Positions 1 to 11,414 of a stretch of DNA of 64,000 nucleotides are shown in pieces. Source of the DNA: Ophelia neglecta (Eukaryota); NCBI GenBank assembly GCA_965285935.1, contig OZ260665.1:67642001-67706000 (forward strand), read 5' to 3'. Each line of letters begins with the position of its first letter. The first letter of the stretch is position 1. Both the position numbers and the translations under genes were made by a program. The notes under the pieces are model-generated. The model had not been told where the DNA came from, did no database searches, and saw only the letters and a list, made by a program, of their open reading frames with translations.

Positions 1-1711
1 GCTGAACACATGATTCAGCTGTGTTAAGGAATTCCGAATAGGGATGACTATGAGTTTCAGCCATCTTCGTATCGTACTTTCTATCATATTTCATCTGGCT
101 AAGTACATTTTGCACATTACTTGATGTCGTTTGGTACGTTAACTCAAATCACGCTTGAGGGCCTTGTTATGATTATCCACAAAAGGGGAGATCGGGACGC
201 GTAGTGCGTCCATTTTCCGTTTAATCAAACACATTAGAGGCAGTGAGTCATGGACCTTTTTTGATGTGTTGTAACTCGTAAGAGGATAATACGGTTATTT
301 ACGGAGAAATAATCCAATAAGCTTGAGCCATTCCTCGGGCAGAAAGAAAATGCCTTTACATCGAGTCTCTTAGCTGTGGACAGTTACCAAACACTGGCGG
401 GTCTATACGATGTTAGAAATGTGGGGTTGGATAGGGGGGGGGGGTTTCGCTGTCATGGTGCAGGGGTGTCTTATGTGTCTCATCTCCGACGGGGCGTGGG
501 CGCTAACACCCCTCGGTCTGGAAGGAGACCACATTACATATATTTTACTTATAGGCTGTCCGGAGTAGCTTGTGGCGTTGCTGCCCATGTCCTCCGTAAG
601 ATCTTCTCAACGGTCAGTGTCCCTTTCACCTATAAAGTAACGGCACCGTGCACCACAGCACCATCAGTCCCTGGACCGCAGTTAGTAAAATGCAAGGGGA
701 CAATCAGACCGTGGTTCAAGGGCACTCCAGTCAATCTATACTCTTGTTGCTACCTTTTCATGTCTCCAACATACCCTGCCCGTGGTCATAGTTAGGACAT
801 ATCATATACCTAGGAAAATTAAGGGGTCGCGAACACACCGAAACCAATCCGACTCGTGTTTCACAAACCCTAAATTTAACACAACACCAACAAGCAGCTG
901 AAATCTAGTTTGCTGGATTTATGGATACGACAAAGTATACAGGCCGTGGAATCACGTGCATCTGGTCGGGTTTACATCGTATAAATGATTGATTTCGGTG
1001 AAAATTAAGATGCCAGAAAGCTATTTCTTGATGGCAAAGCAGGAGGGTTGCAGTCTTTCAGCGGGTGGTTGATTGGTCTGCAGATGTGTAGAATTGAGCC
1101 AAGCTGTTCCACCTCGGCCGAACTGACTAACAGCGCTGTATAATCAGTATAATGTACGTGTACATAGCTTGTTCGTGGTTTTTTGTAGACGGAGAGAACT
1201 TGGAGACTACCCGGTCAAATTAGTGAGGCATTTATTGTGTTGTAAATACAATTTACAAGAGCATCTACATAGGGATATTGGGAAGCCTTGCCGCCGACGT
1301 TTGTTGGGTTTTTACTCCGACTTTTCATTGAGTCGAGCGTTGGTGTACACCTCCTGGAGTTCCCTTTGCGTTGGCTGTATGGCTGTAAAGCTGATATCAT
1401 GAGCCTCCATGTTACTCTGAGAGTCAATTTGTTTGATTTGTAAGTTGCTAAATGTATAAATAGGCCATTTGTTGTGCAATTTTTGAACCTATATTTTAGC
1501 AAAGACTATAAAAACGTTTCATCTTCTAGAATTGCTATAGAGTGCTGGCATGTGGTAAAAGGCTGTTCTAGGCCGGCGGCCAACTCGGATGGTGGCAGAA
1601 GTGTAAATACTGCCTTTCATAAAATGATTGAGTATGGAAAAGTAGCAAAATACATTAAAAGCCCCACAGTTTGGGGTATTTGAAGTAGAAATAGACTCTC
1701 CCACGAACAAA

Positions 1712-2156
1712 GGGGGGCCTGTTCAGATCCAAGAGTGGGCCACTCGTGTTTGTACCCAGCACATATAGCTTTTGAGAAATCTTGATTTGTGTTTCTTCAA
1801 GAAAATCACTGAAGCATAACATTTCAATATTTTTGGGCCGAAAAGCCTGAGATTTGAAAACAAATTTACAGAGAAATGCTGAAACATGTGTAAGAGGTTT
1901 GTAAACAGATCTGCAGCTCAGCCCTATATGAGAAACTGGTAAAGCATTCAGACCACTCCCAGACTGTTTGTTAGTTAGAGATTTAGCGTCGAAAAAATAT
2001 TTAAGAGTAATGGGGTTTAAAGTATGATGATGCCGGAGGTAAGCATATATTTCTCCGGGAGAATCGCCACTTTCCCAACACTAATTGAGACCAAAGGCGC
2101 AAGCCACAATAAAACACCCATTACGGTCTAAGTATTAAGATCTGAACAGTCCTGCC
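1712..2156. mobile_element. Probable MITE in the netrin intron
   Basis: Inverted termini GGGGGGCCTGTTCAGATC / GATCTGAACAGTCCTGCC (15/18, 11-bp perfect core); no clear TSD. Confidence 0.5.
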
Positions 2157-3434
2157 AGGCAAGAAGTTTGGCACGGCTTTTATGATCGTAGTAGAAGTGC
2201 TGAAAAGAATCATTTTATTCCTTAAGGGCACGTTTGCTGTTATTGCAAGGCTTCGCCTTTCACACCTTGTACTGGGAAAGTGATTAACAAATGAAGAAGC
2301 CGATCATTAGTAACGCCCGGGGTATGGGGCCAGTCTTGGGGAGGGGGGGGGGGGGGCTTCACGGCATTGGTCAGCAGTAACAATTCAACTATCTAAAGGC
2401 ACAAGTGACTCATCTCCTTTCATAAATTCATTCCATTCAGTATTGAAATTAATAGGACAAGAAAATGGAGCATTTGGACATGTAGTAATTGGCTTTTAAT
2501 ATGAGTTGATTGATCATCCTTGCCGAGACACTGAGTCAACGTTGATCAATGAATGCAATCATGTATTAAAGCCGGGCTTAGTGTCAAAAAAAAAACTCAC
2601 TTCATTTCTTGTTTGCTTATTGCAATATTGACATGAGCAACACATGACAAAGGCGATAACAATGTAGGTGTTACTGAATCAGTTTTTACCATCTCACTGT
2701 TTTAGTTTCGCACATGCACAAAAAAGGATATGACAGTGTTTTCCTTCTACATGTAGTTGTATGGGAAATTACAATAAAACTAAAGGTGCGTCCAGTAAAT
2801 CACAGTGATGAGAAATACACAAGTGAAAAACACTAAACCATTGGCTATTAAGTTTGGTTTATGGTGCAAACCGCGTCTTTTCCATAAAAAACCCAAATAG
2901 CTGAATCTCCCCAGATTTTAGTAATATATACCCTTCGCTTAATTCGCAGTGTGGCTTCACTGCCGTTTTACAACCTCCCTCCGCCAGTGGAGCACCGCGT
3001 ATCACCCTCCCGCCGTGGACAGCGACCAGGCAGGAATATGGGCAGATATGAAACTCATGGATCGCAGGACGCGCTGTCGAATGATCAGTTAAATCTCAGA
3101 GAAAAATGCGCCAAATTATATCGTCGTATAGGCCTATTTGTTGTCATTAATGACTAGGTCGCAGTTGCACTGAAGAATCTCAATGACATACACATATAAA
3201 TATAACCTGCGACCACATGACTGTGACGTCAATCTCATCTTCATGTTGGCGCCAACGCAACCGTGGTACATGTACCTCTGTATTTCTTTTTCTTTAGCTA
3301 CGCTAAATAGGCTTTACACTGCGAGGAATATTTTTTGATGAATGGATATCATACACATATAATTGGGGATACGATTTTTATAGCCTACGTTGAAGCTGCG
3401 GAAAAGATCGCCTTCCAAATGGATTGTACCCTAC

Positions 3435-3623
3435 CTTTGCATGCTTTGCTGTGTGAAATTGGTTTGGTATAATCACGGTAGTATCCTTCAGTGCAGTAGT
3501 GACAGTGTCGTCCCGCGGTGTTATGACGACACTTAATGCACACCCCGCCGCTCTTACGCCCGGACAGCAGATATAACTCCTTATTAAAGCGACAGCTTCG
3601 GGCGTGCAAGTTGCAGTTGCAGG
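3435..3623 (-). CDS. ntn1: Netrin EGF2 (V-2) exon, variant b (189 nt), tandem duplicate
   Basis: Acceptor tactttttctttcag| at 3624, donor AAAG|GTAGGG at 3434, phase 1-1. Encodes ACNCNLHARSCRFNKELYLLSGRKSGGVCIKCRHNTAGRHCHYCTEGYYRDYTKPISHSKACK with all 8 Cys and no indels. Confidence 0.93.
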
Positions 3624-3680
3624 CTGAAAGAAAAAGTACAAGTAATGTGGTCAAGAAACCTATAGGAAAAGCTCTCCTAC
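3624..3680 (-). other. 57-nt spacer/intron between the two EGF2 exons
   Basis: GTAGGAGAGCTTTTCCTATAGGTTTCTTGACCACATTACTTGTACTTTTTCTTTCAG; GT..AG ends, candidate branch TTGAC with A at intron position 30, length divisible by 3, no in-frame stop. Confidence 0.9.
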
Positions 3681-3869
3681 CTTTACAGGCCTTGCGATGA
3701 CTGATGGGTTTAGATTGGTCTCTATAATAGCCCTCTTTACAGTAATGGCAATTTCGCCCCTCGGTGTTATGTCTACAGTTGATGCAGACCCCTCCGCTCT
3801 TTCGCCCTGATAATTTGAATAGCTCCATATTGAAGCGACATTGCCTTGCATGTAGATTACAGTTACAAG
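3681..3869 (-). CDS. ntn1: Netrin EGF2 (V-2) exon, variant a (189 nt)
   Basis: Acceptor ctctactttcag| at 3870, branch-site CTAAC at 3912-3908, donor AAAG|GTAGGA at 3680, phase 1-1. Encodes ACNCNLHARQCRFNMELFKLSGRKSGGVCINCRHNTEGRNCHYCKEGYYRDQSKPISHRKACK with all 8 Cys. Confidence 0.95.
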
Positions 3870-6800
3870 CTGAAAGTAGAGAGAAGGGAGACACCTTCAA
3901 GATGTGTGTTAGCTTTTTAGGGCATGATTTGCTATAACAGCACATTTCGGTGCATTCATGCTGTCACGTGCTGCGTCCTCTATGCGTGCGCATGCTTGCT
4001 GTTGAAGATCAATGCAGTCGTGTTAGTGACGTCACCTAATGCACAGATTATTTCTGGTGGAAAATTTCTGGTCGGAAAACTGATTTTATTTTTTTGAAAT
4101 CTGGGGTACGGATATTTCAAATAGGGACCCTTACTTGTTAATAGGAACGATCTAAACATTTTTTACCCCACTGTAAACTCAACACAAAATATGAAATATT
4201 TGACTGTCTTCCATAAAAGATATTTTCCTATCACGAATCAATCCGTTCCCAATGAAAAGTTGCCCAAGCATTTAAAAAGCGTTTACTTCTAATAGATAAT
4301 AAATCATGTTAAGTTCTCCGACTAATTTAACGCTTGCAAATTAGTTTAAAATGAAATAACGATGTAGTTTACACCTAACTATTAGACGTGCATTAGATGA
4401 GGACAGTAAGACCGACTAGTATATTAGTAATTAGTTGCCACCCGAATGATATGACATTGTAATTAGTAGTGTTAGGAGTATGCATCACGACATCCAAACC
4501 ACATTCAATTCAGGGGTGATATAGGGCCGGCAATGTCGTCTTCTCCCAACTATTGGGAACATCTAAAAAGTAATCTAGTCTATTACTCTCTACGTTCAGA
4601 GGTCCATCCCGTGCTTTTCTGGGATCAATTATATTCACGAATATTCCTTCCGGGCAAATTGGGGCATTCTGGCCAAGTTTGCTAAATAGAGACCAATTCT
4701 AATGTTCATGATCATATGATATCAAGGTGGGAAAAAATCTCTGTTGAGCATAAATGTGACATAAACAAATATTTGATGAACACGAAAGAAGGTAAACGGA
4801 CAGAGACTTAACCGACAATTGATGTCACATGTCATGAACATATAAGAATACACATAGAACACATAGAACACATATTGCAAAGGAAACATTCACATACACT
4901 AACACATCTAACAAACAAATATCACATTCGACAACTGGGATTTAAACAATAATTGTGAAATACAAATGAAACTGTGTGGAATATATTAATTTGATCAAAG
5001 GCAACGTTCGAAAAATTCATGTCACGCATTCCATCTCAAAGAGAAACAAGTAGGAATAATATATACGAGAAGTCAATGCTGTTATTCCCAGATAGTAACA
5101 CTTTAGTATACACTATTCGTGATTTTACAATGAGATTTTAACTAGAATTCAAAGTATAAATGAATTAATATTATCATTATAAAGTCTGCAAATTAAGTAT
5201 TGTTTTGTCCTTTACAACAATGAGCAAAATAATACGTATGATAGGATACCAAGGTCAAACGGTGAGCAAACGCGCTCTAGAAAGATAACCTCTTTGTTTA
5301 AAACTTGGGAGATATACATGTCTATTTATTATCAAGCTGGCAAGACGATTCCTAGGGGCCTGGTGATGCGATTTGAAATAGCTAGCAAATTGTCTACACA
5401 TTACGGTGTCCCAATACTGAATATGTACGATTAGATAGCTACTGATTTCTAACATATGGTGGCAGCGGCGACTGTGGTCAAACCATTTGCCAGTAGCTTG
5501 TCAGTTTGTTGTTGAAAAGGGTGGATTACAGAAGGCGGCCGTCGGAGAAATAATCAATTTACGCGGATATGTCGAGAGTGGTGATAGGTCGGTATCAACA
5601 CGGGGCTGGGCACTTTTGAGATCGATTTGTTACTAAGCCGAAACAGGGATTGATATTCCAGATCGTCATAATAGACGCTAATAATGACAAACGACAACCT
5701 ATGGAAGACTAAAAAGAAGATTTACTAAATACCTGTTTTATTTATGCTCTACCTTGACAGGTGGGCATCCCATAGGCAGCGTGTTTTAAAACTTATCTTT
5801 AACCGGCACGTTTGAGTAGGCCTAGGTAATATTGGTAGATTATTCCTAAATTATTATTCGCGAATTTTAACGTTAAAGTTGGTAGATAATGTTTTCTTTC
5901 AAATAGGTCTATATAGAGTACATTGTACGTGTTTCAATGTTATCAGTGGCGGGCCGTATTTATTGTTATTGGCCCACTTACACTGACGGTGCTAGCCTAG
6001 CCCCCCAAACAAGTCATGCTATCTCAAGTTCGCGCTCGAGGTCGCGAGTTACATGTTGAAAAAAAGTAGTAACTTTAAGATTCTATCAAAGAAAAACAGA
6101 AACTAGGCAAGGGACTCGTCTAATACTCCGCCCTGACGACTTAACACCAGTTCTTGACGGTATAGGTGGGCGAGTAATTTGTCCGGCCACAATAAGTAAA
6201 CAAGGCTGTGTCATTTGGCCGATGAGGGGAATGCGATGGAGTGGCCAGCGCGTCGGAGTGCAGGCGAAAAGCGAGTTCCTCACCATCCGAAGTCGGTTTG
6301 ATGTATTTTCGGTGGGTGCGAAACAAGCGACCCTCCCTGTCACCTGCTCCCATCAATTTTCTCTGGGTGTGCGTGTGTTTATGTGTGCACATGGCTGTGG
6401 GCGAGGGGAGGGGAGGGCTCGATGGCAATTATGCCCAAATCTCCATTTTGTCTTAAGATGTATTCACGGGTCCCTTATTTTCCAATATTTCCCTTGAATA
6501 AATGGGTATTGTTTAGTTTTAAGCTAGGTCTTGGGGACTGAGCCGCAGGAAACATGCTAGGGAACCTAGCGAGCCCCTTTTAGATTGTAGAGAGGGGAAG
6601 GGAGATATTCATGACCTTCTCCCTCTCATGCCGGCGTGTGCCGAGCATTGCTGCTGCCTACCCTAGCGGATAATTAACCAGTCAATCATATTAGAATACC
6701 ATCGTCAGTTACGAAGGGGTCTCTACCTGTATACAGCAACATGTGCTAAAGATTAGAGTGCTCGTCTTCAGGCCGCCTTCATAGCCCCTTATCATATCGA

Positions 6801-9800
6801 GACAGGCACGCGTTTCCTATTTGACGCCACATGTCTAGTTGATGCCGGAGAACAAGATGGCGCAAGTATAATATATATTTTTCACAACCTCAGAGTTGTT
6901 AACGATATGTATGGCAGACAGGCCATGCGATGTGGTCATTTTTTACGCCCTCTCTATCTTCTTCTAAATTTATCTCCACAAAACATGTTTGAACTTTCCA
7001 TCCACACTTATGATAGTGTTTATCAACTTAATCGGTACAAAGAAAATCAGCAAGTGCTTTACATTATAGTTATGAGACAATAAATATTTAGGTTAATGCG
7101 GAACTAGAGTGGGGGAGACTAACCGAAATAAAACAGCGGGTTATCTATTGAATCGTATAAACGTATAGCAGATATCGCTTGAAGGATGTACAGGAGATGT
7201 CTCTTGTGACTTAAATGTGTATACGTATTTCCTTAAGAGTGACTTGTCTTAGATACAATGTAACAATCAGCAAAATATAAAACTAGACCCAGCCCTCTGG
7301 ACTTATAAATCCCTATTCGTACCCTACAAGTTAATACATCCTATAGTGTATGGTAGATGAGATAAAGCACGCTGAGCTAAAATACCAGTCGTTAGTATGT
7401 GTCACGGGGGATGTTACCGAGGGACTGATTGGAAATCAAACGCACATCTTTGACGCCTACCTCCAGCCGATTCCATACCCACAGACACATATTTAAACAC
7501 GATTTACAACAGGCTTCAACAGGGGAATTGCCCAGCAAAACACAATTCATTCTGTGGAAGGCCTTACAAGTTGTCAAACAGCGTTTGGCAGCTGTAATAA
7601 TTGGTTTTAAAATTGACAACAGGGGCTGAATACGTGTTAGTGTTTTCCCACGTAGAGGGATTTGCCCGGATTGACAAGTTGGAGGGTGGTTTGTCGATTC
7701 TCGGGGCGGCAGGCTTTGCGGTGGTCGGTCGGTAATGCCATCTAAACCTGGCCATTGTGGCCGGGACACCTGCGCTGTGCCGACCTCACACATTTGATAA
7801 TAGTCGTGCTGAGAGGAAGGACGGCTGAAGTTCGCCACCCCTTATTCGGCACTTTAGAGTAGATAGCACACAATTCAAACTGGCTGATCGTCACAACGCG
7901 AGGAATTTCGATCACTTGCACCTCATGACATATCCACTTTACGTTGTTTTGATTCTCTTACTAGAATTTTCCGATTCCTTGCTAGTGTTGGATAAATTTA
8001 GTCTTGAAAAATAAAATGACTTTTGAGTTAAATGTTCCTAAAGCTAAAAAAGGCAGTTTTATGAGTAATGGTCACAATTTGTAAAGAAACGCGACGAAAC
8101 TCCGTGAGTTTACACCGGCCTTTCCCCTTTAGTAAGACAAAGCAATTGCATGGGTTTTAGAGAACATTTGCATTTGCGAGTAATTAGCTAAAACTGGGAT
8201 CGGTAATTCGGCATGCTATAGGCATACCTATTTAGATTTATCACCTGCAATTTCCCAAACGATGTATTGTGCTTTACAGTACATGTAGTATATACCTGGT
8301 TAAGAGGAGATCAGGGCCCTGGGTGCCGGTGTGTTATGTAAAAGCGTCTGGCAGTCATTGCTTTTACCAGGGATTATACAACTTAACACTGTTAATCTTA
8401 CCTCTTGTCGAGAGCATGTGATAGCGCGAGGCTGAAAGCTTCCCGTTTTTAACATATCTTGGCCATGTTCACAAGTACGAAACATGGCGTTATCACTGTT
8501 TCGGATAACAGGATCGCTCGTTTTCACAATTCGCACACTCTTAAGTGAAGATAAAAGCAAGATATATTTACGATTTTGGACATTTCTGTCGTGCCGGTTC
8601 GTTTTTGGGGCACAACAATTTTGTAACAACACATTTCATGGTTAAATTTATTCGCAGAACACTTGAAGTCACTATTTTTTGCCGATTTGCAAGTGATATG
8701 CTATATCTATCTGAGTATTATGGCTCTAGACTACAAATTTGAGGTCGTTTTTTCACATCTTGCGACTGAGGAACATTTTCCGCCAGCAAAGCGATCAATC
8801 ACACATTAGCATGTGCATGTGCTCGATTTCTTCCCATTTCTTGACTTCTACACGCACTGTCAGTTTTCTGGGATTAGAATTTTCTCTGCTAATTAGCATC
8901 ATCCTTAATGAGCACCTGCTCCAGCGGCCTATTTGTGTCATTCATTTACCCCATACACCTCATCGCACAGCAGACTTGCTTTTATATCTTATTGAGTGAA
9001 GGTTACCGAATTTAATCTTAAGTTGTTATATCTAGTTATTGCGTAGGTTAAAAAAAGGAAAACGACTACCCTATTGCAACTTTATTTCAGGAAAGACTTT
9101 GATATTCGTCTGCACGTATCTTGTCGAATATTCCAGGATAAGAATTTGGAGGAGTCGAAATATCAAAAGCAACTTTTATTCACTCTTTTGACGTCGAGTG
9201 GTAGTAATTTCGCCCGGGAGGTGCTTAACAAGATAATGTTGGGTGTTAATGCTGGCGGTTGAGGTGTTTGATTGAGTCTGACGCGATGTCGGCTTTGATA
9301 TCTGTGATATCTGTGATGGAGCTGTCGTCACGCTGGATACCTACATAGTTATCAAATCCCCGTGCTAGCGAGTAAAGATGTGCGGCCTTGTTATAACACG
9401 CACGGCCGTAGTAAAGGCGTAGATTTGAATGGGCTGGCAACTCGTATTAGCAAATAGCAAAATAGAAAAGTACCTAGATGACTCTTGACTCTAAGGTTTG
9501 GGATATATTTGTACTGGTAAGTCATAGGTGTTACGCGATTTGAGTTACGATAAGGCCGAGCTCAGTTAACGCCTCGCTAACTTAGCACGAAATGGTCTAC
9601 TTTTTCTAGGAAGATGAATGCGTGGGGAAATTAGATTGATTGAAGGAGCCCCTGGCTGCATTAAAAGGACCACCTAGGAATCGTCACGTAGGCACACAGA
9701 CAGATTAAAGTCTGCCCAGTGTCACTAAAAAAATAACTATATGGGTACTGATATACAGGTATAAGCTTGACTCGCTATTTTACCTCATGTTTGAGCTGGT

Positions 9801-9844
9801 TTTAGAGTTTAGACGACGTAGTATATAAGGTGTTTTCAACTTAC

Positions 9845-10886
9845 CGACACACTCGTTGGCCTCTCTAGCCGTGGCCCGGGCCCAGGGCCGGTCGTAGTGG
9901 AAGGGTTTACATTTCTCGCAGTCAACTCCCGCCGTGTTGTGTTTACAGTCACAAACCAGCTTACCATTCTCGTTAGGAATACACCTTGAAGCATGGCCGT
10001 TACACTTACAGCGCCCTCCCACCGCGAAGTCGCTGAGTGCGTAGTAGTAGCTCTCCCGAGCCCCCTCTTCGGTCGGGTTTTCCTCGCCAAACGTGTTGAG
10101 GCGGCTGAAGACGACTTTGACGTCGGTGGCGGTGACCCAGTCCTGGAGTACCGGGCTGTTGTCGAAGTCGTAGGCCGAGGGGCGGCCCTCCAGGGTGCTG
10201 AAGGCCACCCTCGCCCCGCTGTGGGGGTCAATGTTGCTGTAAGCGTCCGTACACAGAGCCTCCTGCTCATTAGCTTTGGTGATGATCCCACGAGGTGACT
10301 TGTTGTACATCTTCCGACAGGTACTCGAGTAAAACTGAAACGGTATCCAAGTCTTACCGAAGTCCATGCTCTTAAAAAGGGCCATAGAATCAGGCCGGGC
10401 CGAACAAAACTGCAAGCTGATGTATGTGATTTCGTACTTTTTACTGAGACTTAGTATGAGGGTGACATTCTCGGGGTACTGCACGAAGGGCTCCGACATC
10501 CAGCACGTTAGATTGTTAGGGTTGTTCAAGTCGGTCAGGTAGGAAGAGGGGTGCTGACGTTTGGGGTGGTTGGCGTCACAGATGAAGCAGTTTCTTACCA
10601 CTTTGCCCTCCTTGTCCGTGTTGGTCTGGCAGTATCGACTGGGGGGGTTGCCACACGTACTGGAGGCGACCACAGGCTGCCCGAAAGCAGCGTTCACAAA
10701 GTCTGGAATGCAGCGTCGGGGATTACTATTGTCATCCAAACAAGGGTCCTGGTTCTGTTGTCCAGAAAATATATTGATGAGATTTCCAGCGTGAACCCCC
10801 CACACAAACAAAGACAGTATACACACAATGTGGAATGGGGGAGACATCATGGCAGGTCTGGCTGAAGCTCTTTGGCCGCACACCAT
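9845..10886 (-). CDS. ntn1: Netrin, first coding exon: signal peptide, laminin N-terminal (VI) domain and EGF1 (V-1)
   Basis: Translation has netrin hallmarks ([96 protein letters not shown]). Hydrophobic signal ([16 protein letters not shown]). In-frame ATGs at 10886 (ACAATGG) and 10850 (GCCATGA). Phase-1 donor G|GTAAGT at 9844. Confidence 0.97.
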
Positions 10887-11407
10887 TGTTGAGAAGTTGC
10901 AAATTAGCACTTTCCCTTTAAAAACTGGAATCCAGTGATAATTCTGGCAATCAGAAAACCGTACTTTACCAACTGGGGGCTACTGATATCCGCATGAAAA
11001 CCAACGTTATCCAAGATTGTGATAATTATCCGTGGTAGTCTATCCGTGGTGGGTGATTAGGTCACATTCCAGCACGTTGAGGGTGTTAAGCTTGCTGAGT
11101 CCGGTAGGGAGTATCGGCGTTTCTCCTTGTGCCTCTCCTTGTGACCGCGTGCTGTAGCCGGCTGGCTGAATGGGCCTCTTTCTGCCTGACGCACTACGTA
11201 TAGCGGCGGCGGTGGTGACGACTAGTCAATCTGCACGCGTCACTCAAAGCTTGGCCACCCAATCGGAGCAAATCTTCTGCCTTACCTCGCCGTTTTTCAC
11301 ACCTCTAACTGTGAATTCTTGGCTAACGACAATTATCGCCACAGACAACTGCTAAGATCGCACGGAGAACAGCAAGCCGCGGCTTTTCAAGTCGATTGCT
11401 TACGTTT

Positions 11408-11414
11408 AACTGAT
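11408..11414 (-). promoter_or_regulatory. Candidate initiator (ATCAGTT) for netrin within a CpG-rich 5' region
   Basis: Matches the TCAKTY initiator, about 520 nt upstream of the ATG, with a GC-rich tract (11702-11715) and a CCAAT (11747-11751) further upstream. Short motifs; TSS not demonstrable. Confidence 0.25.

Noticed and set aside
376-795. 139-aa plus-strand ORF with an acceptor-like site near 555
   Set aside because: Non-ATG start, crosses a poly-G run, no recognisable domain.
3133-3177. Possible third EGF2-like exon (minus strand ttcttcag TGC AAC TGC GAC CTA = CNCDL)
   Set aside because: Similarity lasts 5 codons, the phase is wrong and stops follow; chance or an unrecognisable relic.
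1-3434. Netrin EGF3 and NTR exons
   Set aside because: No CxCHPVG or GQCPCK coding found on the minus strand by eye; presumed outside the window.
3385-3945. 186-aa ORF as a single exon or separate gene
   Set aside because: It is read-through of intron flanks plus the two netrin EGF2 exons; internal splice sites define the real units.
5702-5712. miR-7-like start TGGAAGACTA
   Set aside because: Match ends after 10 nt and no precursor hairpin; no conserved miRNA recognised in the window.
1154-9700. Single-minded/Tango midline elements (TACGTG), forkhead and CRE sites in netrin introns
   Set aside because: Short motifs at roughly chance frequency; unsupported without conservation data.
9836-10865. 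Alternative-frame and antisense ORFs over the netrin exon
   Set aside because: Expected shadows of GC-rich coding sequence.
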